Of a stretch of 32,000 nt of DNA, positions 1 through 8,088 are shown piece after piece; the first letter of the stretch is position 1, and every line of letters begins with the position of its first letter. The translations under genes were made by a program, and so were the position numbers. The DNA is taken from assembly GCF_000008665.1 (NCBI RefSeq), contig NC_000917.1, forward strand, positions 1,440,001-1,472,000, given 5' to 3'. Source of the DNA: Archaeoglobus fulgidus DSM 4304. GTDB taxonomy: Archaea; Halobacteriota; Archaeoglobi; Archaeoglobales; Archaeoglobaceae. The notes beneath the pieces are model-generated. The model was not told the origin of the DNA and ran no database searches. It saw nothing but the letters and a program-made list of their open reading frames with translations.

Positions 1-742
1 CGGGCAGCGTTTTTGCGAGCTCGTAGGCCTTATCGAAGTCCAGCCCCCTCAAAACATCCTCTATCATCTTCTCGCCTCCACAAACTGTCTGGACAAATTC
101 TTCGGTGTTCTCAGCCATCATGAAGGCGGTCCCTATGAGGGCTGCATCCACATACTGCAGAACAAAGAGCAAATCTTCCACGCTGCCAATTCCGCTCCCG
201 CTAACCTTGAAAGCCCTGATTTTTTCGGCAATTTTTGCTGTGACATCTATGCTTCCCCCATCCCTCTCCATGCGGTCAATGTCGCGGTTGTTTATCAGCA
301 CAGCCCTTGCGTTTTCGGCGTAAACCAAATCCTCAGCGTGATGAACCTCAACCAGAGGCTCGATGCCGTGCTCGAAGCAAAAATCAACCATTTCCGCAGT
401 TCTCTCCTTCAGATGCCTCGCTATGAGCAGCAAAGCTGCAGCCTCAACCTCAGCAGTTCTTTCAACCTCCTTTCTGCCCCTTATGAAGTCCTTCCTCAGA
501 ACGGGCAGATCGGTAAGCCCAACAATCTTCTTCAGCGTCTCGAAATTTCCGCTGAACTGCTCTGCTGTTATGTACGAAATCGCCGCTGCACCAGCTTTTT
601 CGTAGGCCCTCAAGATGTCCTCAATCCTCCTCCCTCTAAGCAAATCGCCGTGTATGGGGGATCGAACCTTAACCTCGGCAATGACTGCGTTCTTACCTCT
701 TTTGCTTGCTCCCTTCAACGAATCAACAAACCCAAAGTCCAT
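1..742 (-). CDS. trpC: Indole-3-glycerol-phosphate synthase-like protein (TrpC family); first ~247 codons, ORF leaves the window at the left edge
   Basis: Absent from the ORF track because there is no stop in the window. My minus-strand translation from ATG 742..740 reads MDFGFVDSLKGASKRGKNAVIAEVKVRSPIHG...VLINNRDIDRMERD...SGSGIGSVEDL...DAALIGTAFMM. These match TrpC blocks (IAEhKxxSP, INNRDL, SGI, LIG). The plus-strand ORFs at 105..977 are its antisense shadows. Confidence 0.65.
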   Translation of the reverse strand, partial: MDFGFVDSLKGASKRGKNAVIAEVKVRSPIHGDLLRGRRIEDILRAYEKAGAAAISYITAEQFSGNFETLKKIVGLTDLPVLRKDFIRGRKEVERTAEVEAAALLLIARHLKERTAEMVDFCFEHGIEPLVEVHHAEDLVYAENARAVLINNRDIDRMERDGGSIDVTAKIAEKIRAFKVSGSGIGSVEDLLFVLQYVDAALIGTAFMMAENTEEFVQTVCGGEKMIEDVLRGLDFDKAYELAKTLP

Positions 743-823
743 CACCTGCTCCCACCATGTGGGATTAATCCCGCGAAGTGTATTTAAGCTTTTTGCTATA
801 GTATGGCAAAAAAGAGGTAAAAG

Positions 824-2012
824 TCACCTAAACTTTCTGATAAGAGATGATCCACCGAGAGCCGTTAAGGCTGCACCGACCTCAAATCCCGGAATGCCTC
901 CTTCAGGCTTTACTGTGCTGGCCTTAACCTCAATCATGAGATTTTCTATCTTCCTCCTCGCTTCTTCATCCAGCTGAGGTGTGAACCAAAGCTTCTTCAT
1001 CAGGTCTTCGGGAACGTAAACTGCCGGGTTTTCAAGCACCTCCTCGCTGACGTAGTTTCTCGCCTCTTTTACGGGTGAGGCGTACTTTATGTAGTCAGAG
1101 TTTCTGCCTGAGACCTCAGGGTCGAGCATGAAGTTTATGAACTCGTGAGCAAGCTCCACGTTCTCGGCATCTTTCGGAATGCACATGTTGTCCGTCCATA
1201 TCGTTCCGCCCTCCTCCGGAATTGCAAAGCTCGCCTGATCAACTCCCTCCTCATCCTGAAGCCTTACGATGTCTCCGTTGTAGGCGTGGGCTACGTAGAT
1301 GCTTCCGTTCTTCAGCCCCTCAACGTAAACGTTTGCTCCGGCGTAGGCTGCGAGATAGGGCTTCTGTCTTATAAGAGCTTCCTTAACCTCCTGCATCGTC
1401 TCGTCGCTCCAATCGTCAACGCTTTTGCCGAGAAAGGCCTTGCACGCCAGTATAACCTCAATCGGCTCCTCAAGCATCGTTATCTTCTTGGCTGTACTTC
1501 TTCAGGTAGCCGTAGTCGGGGTCAAAAATCTGCCTGAGGGTTGTGACCTTCTCCGCCAAATCGGATCTGTATCCGAAACCAGTCGTGCCCCACATGTAAA
1601 CAGCGCTGTACCTGCCTTCCGGGTCGTAGGGAGTTGATTTGAACTTCTCGTCAAGGTGAGGGTAATTGGGAATCAGGCTCTTGTTAAGCTCCATGAGCAA
1701 TCCCTCCTTTATCGCCACGTCAAGGATGTAGTCGGGGATGATGACAACATCGTATCCGCTCTTCCCAGCCTCAAGCCTCGAAAGGACGACGTTTGGGTCG
1801 TCATATTCATCGTAAACTATGTTCTCCCTTGGAATTCCTGCGTGGGCTGCAAATTCATCGAGTAAAGCCTCATCAATGTAGTAGCTCCAGTTCCAGATTT
1901 TAAGGCTGTTCTCCGCGGCTCTGGCTTTTGGCATTCTCAGGCCTCCAAAAAGCGTCATTCCCGCCACTCCAGCAGCAAGACCGATAAAACGCCTTCTCGT
2001 CAGTCTTGGCAT
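824..2012 (-). pseudogene. potD: Spermidine/putrescine ABC transporter substrate-binding protein (PotD family) split by a 1-nt frameshift into ORFs 1470..2012 and 824..1477
   Basis: The N-terminal fragment has a twin-arginine/lipoprotein-like signal (MPRLTRRRFIGLAAGVAGM). The two fragments join colinearly as ...DPDYGYLKKY / AKKITMLEEPIEVI..., resembling the E. coli PotD block DPKYKGKLLLTDDAREVF. The C-terminal frame is closed upstream by TGA at 1504..1502, so the shift lies within 1478..1501, most simply an extra base near 1493. Confidence 0.8.
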
Positions 2013-2043
2013 AGATTGAAGTGATGGAAGCTGAATAAATAAT

Positions 2044-2772
2044 TTACCTCTCGCTCACAGTGATTCTGACGTAAATATAAGACAGAAGAAGGGAGATTAC
2101 AATCATCAGAGAGGCGAGGGCGTTTATTGTAGGGCTTACAACACCTCTCGCGGCCTGAGACCATATGATTAACGGGAGAGTCTCGAATCCCGGCCCGGTG
2201 GTGAATACGGTCTTTATGAAGTTGTCCCATGAGAGAGTGAAGGCTATGAGCGAAGCTGCGATTATTCCGGGCATGAGAAGTGGCAGAGTTACCTTCCTGA
2301 AGGTCTGAAACTCGTTGGCTCCGAGTATGTACGAGGCTTCCTCGAACTCCCTTCTGAGGTTAGCGCCTCTTGCCGAAACTATCACGAAAACGAAGGCTAT
2401 GTTGAAGGCGGTGTGGCCTATCAGGACTGAGTAAAAGCCGAGGGGGAAGCCGAGAACTATGAAAAAGAGCAAAAGCGAAACGGCCTCCGTGATTTCGGGT
2501 ATTATTATCGGAGGGTAGAAAAGGGCGCTGAATGAGATCTGATCTCGCATGAAGGCGTAAGCCGCGAGTGTTCCGAGAATTACAGAGATGATGGTGGACA
2601 GCAAGGCGACGCCTATGCTGTTGAAGAATGCGCTGACAATCTCCCTGTCCTCCAGAAGGGCCTGATAGTTCCTCAGCGTAAAGCCGTCATCGTAGAAGGA
2701 GAGGGCTATCATGATCACGATGGGGATGTAGAGGAAGGCGAAGACTGCAATGGTGAAAGCCCTCAGAATCAT
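2044..2772 (-). CDS. potC: Polyamine ABC transporter permease (PotC-like)
   Basis: Multi-TM protein with the binding-protein-dependent transport permease signature region (EASYILGANEFQTFRKVTLPLLMPG). Start set at ATG 2772, which forms an ATGA overlap with the potB stop. The 2773..2892 part of the ORF-track entry is a non-coding extension. Confidence 0.85.
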   Translation of the reverse strand: MILRAFTIAVFAFLYIPIVIMIALSFYDDGFTLRNYQALLEDREIVSAFFNSIGVALLSTIISVILGTLAAYAFMRDQISFSALFYPPIIIPEITEAVSLLLFFIVLGFPLGFYSVLIGHTAFNIAFVFVIVSARGANLRREFEEASYILGANEFQTFRKVTLPLLMPGIIAASLIAFTLSWDNFIKTVFTTGPGFETLPLIIWSQAARGVVSPTINALASLMIVISLLLSYIYVRITVSER

Positions 2773-3515
2773 AGCTCCAGCCTCCCCGCCCTCTTTATAT
2801 AGTAAGCTGTGAAGGCAAACACAACAGCCAGGTAAATGACCGAGAGAGCAGAGCCCTTCCACCAGTTGTGGTATCTGATGAATAGCTCCCACGTGAGCGT
2901 TCCGAGCGTGGATGCTGAAACCCCGCCAAGCATCGCTGGTACGACGAACTCGCCGAGGGCCGGAACGAAAACGAGAAAAATGCCTGCAATCATCCCCTGC
3001 CTTGAGAGAGGCATTACCACCTTTAAAAAGGTTTTTATCGGGTCTGCGCCGAGCACGTATGAAGCCTCGATTGTCGAGACGTTCATCCTTTCCATTGCGG
3101 TGTATAGGGGCAGGATCATAAAGGGAAGGTAGTCGTAAACCATTCCAACCATCACCGCGGTGAAGGTGAACATTATGCCCAGCTTCGAGAGAATCGTCAT
3201 CAGGGCGTATGTTCTGAGGAGAAAGCTAATCCAGAAGGGCAGTATTACCGCGATGAGCAGGGCATTTTTCCACTTTCCGGCCTTAAGGGCTATGTAGTAC
3301 GCAACGGGGTAGGCAATTGCAAGACAGATTGCTGTGGTCAGAAAGGCGATGATGGCTGAGTTGAGGATGTAGCTGGCGTAAAGAGGATTGAGCACGTCTC
3401 TGAAGTGCTTTAGCGTGAATTCGGGATAGCCAAAAGCGTAAAGTATGACGATGGCGAATGGAATGTAGAAGAAAGCGAGAAGGAAGATGATTGAGGGGAG
3501 GGATAGTTTCTTCAT
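2769..3515 (-). CDS. potB: Polyamine ABC transporter permease (PotB-like)
   Basis: 248-aa multi-TM protein with the permease EAA-type loop (EASYVLGADPIKTFLKVVMPLSRQG). It overlaps the potA stop by 4 nt and the potC start by 4 nt. Confidence 0.85.
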   Translation of the reverse strand: MKKLSLPSIIFLLAFFYIPFAIVILYAFGYPEFTLKHFRDVLNPLYASYILNSAIIAFLTTAICLAIAYPVAYYIALKAGKWKNALLIAVILPFWISFLLRTYALMTILSKLGIMFTFTAVMVGMVYDYLPFMILPLYTAMERMNVSTIEASYVLGADPIKTFLKVVMPLSRQGMIAGIFLVFVPALGEFVVPAMLGGVSASTLGTLTWELFIRYHNWWKGSALSVIYLAVVFAFTAYYIKRAGRLEL

Positions 3516-4558
3516 GCCTCCAAGATTACCGCATCCCTACTATCCCAACCAACAATCACCCTTTCCCCTTCCCTAACATTTTCCTGCGGCGGGGCGAAGG
3601 CCTTCACTACAACATCGCCAGCCCTCAGCTTCAGCATCAAAAAGCTTCCGAGGTAGCCAATTTCCTCAACGACAGCCTCAAAGGTGTTCTCAGCCTGCTG
3701 GTTGATTTTAAGCTTTTCAGGGCGGATGGATATGCAGAACTCCCTCGCCCCATCAAGGCCGAAAACCCTCACCTTTCCGATTTCGGTGATGACCTCTCCG
3801 TTCACGACCCTTGCCTCCAGAAAGTTGGTTTCGCCTATGAATGAGGCGACGAACCTCGTTTTTGGCCTCTCGTAGATTTCCCTTGGCGTCCCAATCTGGT
3901 GGATTCTGCCTTCATTGAGGACGGCCAACCTGTCGGAAAGCAGCAAAGCCTCGCTCTGGTCGTGGGTGACGTAAATGAAGGTCGTTCCCAGCGTCTTCTG
4001 GATTCTTTTAAGTTCGGAAATCATGTGCTGCCTTATCTTTAAATCCAGAGCGCCGAGCGGCTCGTCGAGGAGCAGGATGGAAGGCTCGGTAACCAGAGCC
4101 CTCGCAATTGCAACCCTCTGCTGCTGCCCTCCAGATAGCTGCTCTACCTTCCTTTTTGCGTAAATCTCAGGGTCGAGGTTGACGAGTTCGAGGTAGCGGT
4201 AAACCCTATCCTTTATCTCACCTTCGGGAATCTTTCTCAGCCTCAACCCGTAGGCGACGTTTTCAAAAACGTTAAGATGGGGGAAGAGGGCGAGATTCTG
4301 AAACACCATACCGACGTTGCGCCTGTAGGGCGGTAAAGAGGTGCAATCCTCCCCGTTAATCCTCACAAAACCCTGATCGGGAAAGGTAAGTCCCGCAATT
4401 ATCCGTATGATTGTGGTTTTCCCGGAACCACTTGGGCCAAGCAGGGAGAAGAACTCACCCTGCTGAATCCTGAGATTTATGTCTTCGAGCACCGTAGTGC
4501 TGTCGTAGCTCTTTGAAATGCCCTCAAGTTCGACAGCGTAGCCAACCACAGAACACAA
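3512..4558 (-). CDS. potA: Polyamine ABC transporter ATP-binding protein (PotA-like)
   Basis: Walker [13 protein letters not shown] signature [15 protein letters not shown], Walker [13 protein letters not shown] and a C-terminal TOBE-like regulatory domain. The ORF-track start is TTG 4558. GTG 4549 is an alternative that fits a TATA-like 'tataaaaaac' near 4573..4582. Confidence 0.9.
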   Translation of the reverse strand: MCSVVGYAVELEGISKSYDSTTVLEDINLRIQQGEFFSLLGPSGSGKTTIIRIIAGLTFPDQGFVRINGEDCTSLPPYRRNVGMVFQNLALFPHLNVFENVAYGLRLRKIPEGEIKDRVYRYLELVNLDPEIYAKRKVEQLSGGQQQRVAIARALVTEPSILLLDEPLGALDLKIRQHMISELKRIQKTLGTTFIYVTHDQSEALLLSDRLAVLNEGRIHQIGTPREIYERPKTRFVASFIGETNFLEARVVNGEVITEIGKVRVFGLDGAREFCISIRPEKLKINQQAENTFEAVVEEIGYLGSFLMLKLRAGDVVVKAFAPPQENVREGERVIVGWDSRDAVILEA

Positions 4559-4888
4559 TCAATCCATTTTGTATAAAAAACTTTCGTGTCAGCCCAATTT
4601 TTTATCTAATGTTGATAAACATTCTAAATGCTTTTTACGCAGAAAAAAGAGCTTTAATTGGCATAAAATTGAAAATCAGAATTTCAAAAATTTATCAGAC
4701 CTTGGATAATGATTTTAGTTTTAAAAGGACAGTTTTTAGATTTTCAAAAACCAAAGTCGCTTTTAAGGACATTTTCCACTCTTTTGGACATCACCGGATT
4801 CGCTTGTTGGCGTTAGCACTTTGCATTCTTGGGAGTCTAGCCAACTTTTGGCATAGTTCAAAAAACAACTCCTCAAGCAACTCAAAAA

Positions 4889-4900
4889 CTAATAAATATT
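4889..4900 (+). promoter_or_regulatory. TATA-box-like element for proS (leaderless transcript implied)
   Basis: 'ctaataaatatt' is centred ~25 nt upstream of ATG 4921, with no Shine-Dalgarno sequence in between. Confidence 0.5.
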
Positions 4901-4920
4901 GCAGCCCACTCCCAATTCTG

Positions 4921-6336
4921 ATGACTCTTCCATCGAAGGAAAACTTCTCAGAGTGGTATCACGAGGTCATTCAGACAGCAGAGATAATGGACGTCAGGTA
5001 TCCGGTTAAGGGGCTTTACGTATGGTTCCCCTTCGGCTTCAAAATCAGGCAGCTCGTTTACTCAAAGCTGAGAGAGATTATGGACAGGGAGCATGATGAG
5101 GTTTACTTCCCCGCCCTCATCCCTGAGACCGAGCTTGGCAAGGAGGGAGAGCACATAAAGGGCTTTGAGGACGAGGTTTACTGGATTACCCACGGCGGAC
5201 TAACGCCCCTTGACGTTAAGCTTGCTTTGAGGCCGACAAGCGAGACTGCAATGTATCCAATGTTCAGACTTTGGGTGAGAAACCACGCTGATTTGCCTTT
5301 GAAGGTTTACCAGATAGTAAACACCTTCCGCTACGAAACGAAGCACACGAGACCGCTCATCAGGCTGAGGGAGATCACGTCCTTCAAAGAGGCACACACC
5401 GTGCACAAAGACTTTGAAGAGGCAGCGGAGCACGTTAAGAAGGCCATAGGCTTCTATAAAGAGTTTTATGATTTCCTTGCCATTCCCTACATGGTCATCC
5501 GCCGTCCCGAGTGGGACAAGTTTCCGGGAGCGGCGTACACAATAGCATTCGACACAATAATGCCCGACGGCAGAACACTGCAGATAGGCACGGTTCACCA
5601 TTTAGCCGACAACTTCGCCAGAACTTTTGACATAAAGTATGAAGCGCCCAACGGCGAGCACTACTACGCCCACCAGACATGCTATGGAATTTCGGAGAGA
5701 TGCATTGCAGCTTTGATAAGCGTCCACGGAGACGACCTTGGCCTTGTGCTGCCCTTTGAGGTTGCACCAGTGCAGATAGTCATAATCCCAATTCTCTACA
5801 AGGGCAAGGAAGAGGCGGTAATGGAAGCTTGCAGAAAGCTGGCTGAGAAGCTGAAGGCCTTCAGAGTCGTTCTTGATGAAGGGGAGGACAGGCCGGGGGC
5901 GAAGTACTACAAGTGGGAGCTTAAGGGCGTGCCCATAAGATTTGAAATAGGGCCGAGGGATGCGGAGAAGGGGGTTGCGGTGGTTTCTTTCAGGGATGAA
6001 AAAAGGAAGTTTGAGGTTCCGCTGGATGAGGTAGATGAGGGCAAGGTTCTGGAGTGGGCAAGAGAGCTCAAGCAGAGGCTGAGGAATGCAGCAGCGGAAA
6101 GGATGGCAGAGAAAGTGAAGTTTGTTGAAAATACAGGCGAAATTGAAGAATGGGGCGGAGTAGTAGCGGTCTATCTTTGCAGCGATGAGGACTGCGGACA
6201 CAGCGTTGAAGAGCATGGAAAGAGCCTCCTCGGATGGTTTGAGGAGGTGCCAGACTGGTTGGATTTGGAGCCTGAGGGTAAGTGTGTTGTTTGTGGCAGA
6301 GAAGGTAGATTGGCGGCTCTAGCCAAGACTTATTAA
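4921..6336 (+). CDS. proS: Prolyl-tRNA synthetase, archaeal/eukaryal-type class II
   Basis: From [39 protein letters not shown] the protein is ProRS-like throughout ([36 protein letters not shown]). It ends in the C-terminal ...KTY tyrosine typical of this ProRS type. The 4513..4920 part of the ORF-track entry is low-complexity AT-rich spacer, not coding. Confidence 0.92.
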   Translation: MTLPSKENFSEWYHEVIQTAEIMDVRYPVKGLYVWFPFGFKIRQLVYSKLREIMDREHDEVYFPALIPETELGKEGEHIKGFEDEVYWITHGGLTPLDVKLALRPTSETAMYPMFRLWVRNHADLPLKVYQIVNTFRYETKHTRPLIRLREITSFKEAHTVHKDFEEAAEHVKKAIGFYKEFYDFLAIPYMVIRRPEWDKFPGAAYTIAFDTIMPDGRTLQIGTVHHLADNFARTFDIKYEAPNGEHYYAHQTCYGISERCIAALISVHGDDLGLVLPFEVAPVQIVIIPILYKGKEEAVMEACRKLAEKLKAFRVVLDEGEDRPGAKYYKWELKGVPIRFEIGPRDAEKGVAVVSFRDEKRKFEVPLDEVDEGKVLEWARELKQRLRNAAAERMAEKVKFVENTGEIEEWGGVVAVYLCSDEDCGHSVEEHGKSLLGWFEEVPDWLDLEPEGKCVVCGREGRLAALAKTY

Positions 6337-6656
6337 ATTATTTGAACAATAAATATATATTTTTCTCCCAACTGGCGCGAAAAGGAGTTAAAAATCCAGT
6401 TTTCAACCAAACCAATTAAAATATAACAGAAATTTTCCAAAACAGCCTTTTGATAGCTTTTTAGCTCGAATTTTCCCGTATGAAAACTGTTTAAAATCGT
6501 CGAAAAATTTAAATGTCAAAGGACATGAGATTATTTCCAGCCAGATTCGTGTGGTTTCGTTACAAATAGACCAACCCTGATAGAATCTGGCATAAAAGTT
6601 GGAAAACGCTCCGAATTTGGATATTTCCTTCAGGAGGTGAGAAAAAATGGAGGGTG

Positions 6657-7001
6657 ATGGCGATGATAGTCGGTCGGCATATTATCGCAGAACTGTACGG
6701 GGTGAAGGAGGAGCTTATCGCCAAAGAGGAGGTGGTACGCTCCATTGTGGAGGAGGTGGTGGATAAAGCAGAGCTTACGAAAGTAGGCAGCGTTTACAAA
6801 CAGTTCAATCCCCACGGCGTTACGGGGATTGTTTTGATTGCTGAAAGCCACGTTTCTATACACACATGGCCTGAATACGGGCTTGTTAACCTCGACATTT
6901 TCACGTGCGGTGATACAAGCAAGGTCGAGAAGGCCTTTAAGCTGTTCCTTGAGAAGTTCAAGCCAGAATCCTATCGCCACTACGTTCTTGACAGGGGGTA
7001 A
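6657..7001 (+). CDS. speH: S-adenosylmethionine decarboxylase proenzyme, pyruvoyl-dependent class 1 (SpeH type)
   Basis: GRHIIAELYGV N-terminus and the self-processing/active-site block LIAESHVSIHTWPEYG...DIFTCG. Start is ambiguous (GTG 6654, ATG 6657, ATG 6663). ATG 6663 sits 9 nt after the SD-like 'ggagggtga' at 6649. Confidence 0.88.
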   Translation: MAMIVGRHIIAELYGVKEELIAKEEVVRSIVEEVVDKAELTKVGSVYKQFNPHGVTGIVLIAESHVSIHTWPEYGLVNLDIFTCGDTSKVEKAFKLFLEKFKPESYRHYVLDRG

Positions 7002-7002
7002 A

Positions 7003-8025
7003 ATGGACAGGATTGTCAGGCAGATACTGGTAAAGCTCCTTGGAGGAGAAAGAAGCGTTTACGAGCTAATTTACTATCAGGATGCATCGCTGAGGGAGTT
7101 CTTTGAACTCCTCAACTCTTTGAGGGATGAGGGGCTGATTGAAGTTGAGAGCGGGAAAGTGAGGATTACCGAGAAGGGCAGGGAGGTTGCCGAGAAAGAG
7201 AGGCTAAAGTTCTGCGGAGATGTTGAGTGTGAGTGCTGTGAGGGTACGGGGCTTTCAATCAACCCCTATTTTAAGGAAATTTTGCAGAAGTACTCCGAAA
7301 TAGCCAAGGACCGCCCCGAAACCATTGAAGTCTATGATCAGGGATTCATCAGCCTTGAAGGTGTGATAAGGAGAGTTGAGTTCGTTTACGACAGAGGAGA
7401 TTTGAATGGCAGAATTTTTGTCGTCGGCGATGATGATCTATTCGGCATTGCCGCATCGCTGACGGGGATGCCTGAGAAGGTTGCTGTTGTGGACATCGAT
7501 GAGAGGCTAATCAACTTCATAAACAGGGTGGCTGAGGAGTATAGCCTCAACGTTGAGGCCTTTGTTTATGACGTCCAGCAGGCTTTTCCGGACGAGCTCA
7601 AAAGGAAGTTTGACGTCTTCGTCACCGATCCGGTAGAGACAATCCCCGGATTGAAGCTCTTCCTTTCGAGGGGGGTTTCAACGCTTAAGGGCGTTGGTGG
7701 AGCTGGATACTTCGGCATAACAACCCTTGAAGCTTCGAGAAGGAAATGGTACGAGATTCAGAGGATGATTCACGACATGGGCTTCATCATCACTGACCTC
7801 AGGAGGAGGTTCAACGTTTATCCTGAGGATGAGAAGAACTTCTTCAGATTTCAGGAGAAGCTGCCAATCGTGAGGCATCTGCAGGCGAAGGTGGACTTCA
7901 ACTGGTACAACTCAACTCTTTTCAGAATTGAGGCCGTGAAGGAGCCCAAGCCCATCGTAGAGGGAGAGATGATAATAGACGAGAAAGTTTACAAGGACGA
8001 CGAGAGCTGGGCGACCCCCTACTGA
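7003..8025 (+). CDS. bpsA: N4-bis(aminopropyl)spermidine synthase-like aminopropyltransferase (BpsA / DUF43 family) with N-terminal winged-helix domain
   Basis: Blocks VVGDDDLFGIA, VVDIDERL, FVTDPVETI, LKGVGGAGYFGIT, NWYNSTLFRI and the C-terminal YKDDESW match my recollection of Thermococcus kodakarensis BpsA (TK1691). ATG 7003 lies 1 nt after the speH stop. The 6838..7002 part of the ORF-track entry overlaps speH and is rejected. Confidence 0.75.
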   Translation: MDRIVRQILVKLLGGERSVYELIYYQDASLREFFELLNSLRDEGLIEVESGKVRITEKGREVAEKERLKFCGDVECECCEGTGLSINPYFKEILQKYSEIAKDRPETIEVYDQGFISLEGVIRRVEFVYDRGDLNGRIFVVGDDDLFGIAASLTGMPEKVAVVDIDERLINFINRVAEEYSLNVEAFVYDVQQAFPDELKRKFDVFVTDPVETIPGLKLFLSRGVSTLKGVGGAGYFGITTLEASRRKWYEIQRMIHDMGFIITDLRRRFNVYPEDEKNFFRFQEKLPIVRHLQAKVDFNWYNSTLFRIEAVKEPKPIVEGEMIIDEKVYKDDESWATPY

Positions 8026-8088
8026 TCTCTTTTCCATTTTGGATTTTCAAATCGGCAAGCTTATATCTCCGTAACCTTACAAGCCCTA

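Noticed and set aside
105-977. Plus-strand ORFs 105..323, 338..787, 363..605 and 615..977
   Set aside because: They are antisense shadows of the minus-strand trpC-like gene and of the potD 3' end. Their translations are Ser/Leu/Cys-rich with no protein-like motifs, whereas the opposite strand has clear family signatures.
1478-1501. Programmed ribosomal frameshifting as an explanation for the split potD (and the other two split genes)
   Set aside because: There is no slippery heptamer or obvious downstream structure at any of the three sites. Simple indels, real or sequencing errors, are more parsimonious.
4739-4748. 10-mer 'gattttcaaa' shared by the potA/proS spacer and the APC-permease upstream region (8042..8051)
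   Set aside because: My rough estimate is that exact 10-mer recurrences are expected by chance among ~2.5 kb of AT-rich spacer DNA. On its own this is not evidence of a regulatory site.
4513-4920. N-terminal 136-codon extension of the proS ORF (607-aa version)
   Set aside because: The extension crosses the potA start and an AT-rich spacer and translates to low-complexity K/N/I/F-rich sequence. ProRS homology begins at ATG 4921, which has a well-placed TATA box.
5602-6216. 204-aa minus-strand ORF (also 5200..5601 and 5495..5767) inside proS
   Set aside because: Antisense to a strongly supported gene, with no motifs and no start context.
6647-6766. Out-of-frame 39-codon ORF (MEGDGDDSRS...GGGGG) with an ideally spaced SD
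   Set aside because: The product is Gly/Arg low-complexity and overlaps the conserved speH N-terminus, so it is probably not a gene. It is retained only as a possible regulatory uORF in the speH-leader finding.
6838-7002. 5' extension of the bpsA ORF overlapping speH (395-aa version)
   Set aside because: It lies in an alternative frame of the conserved speH C-terminus. BpsA-like homology starts at ATG 7003 (MDRIVRQIL...).
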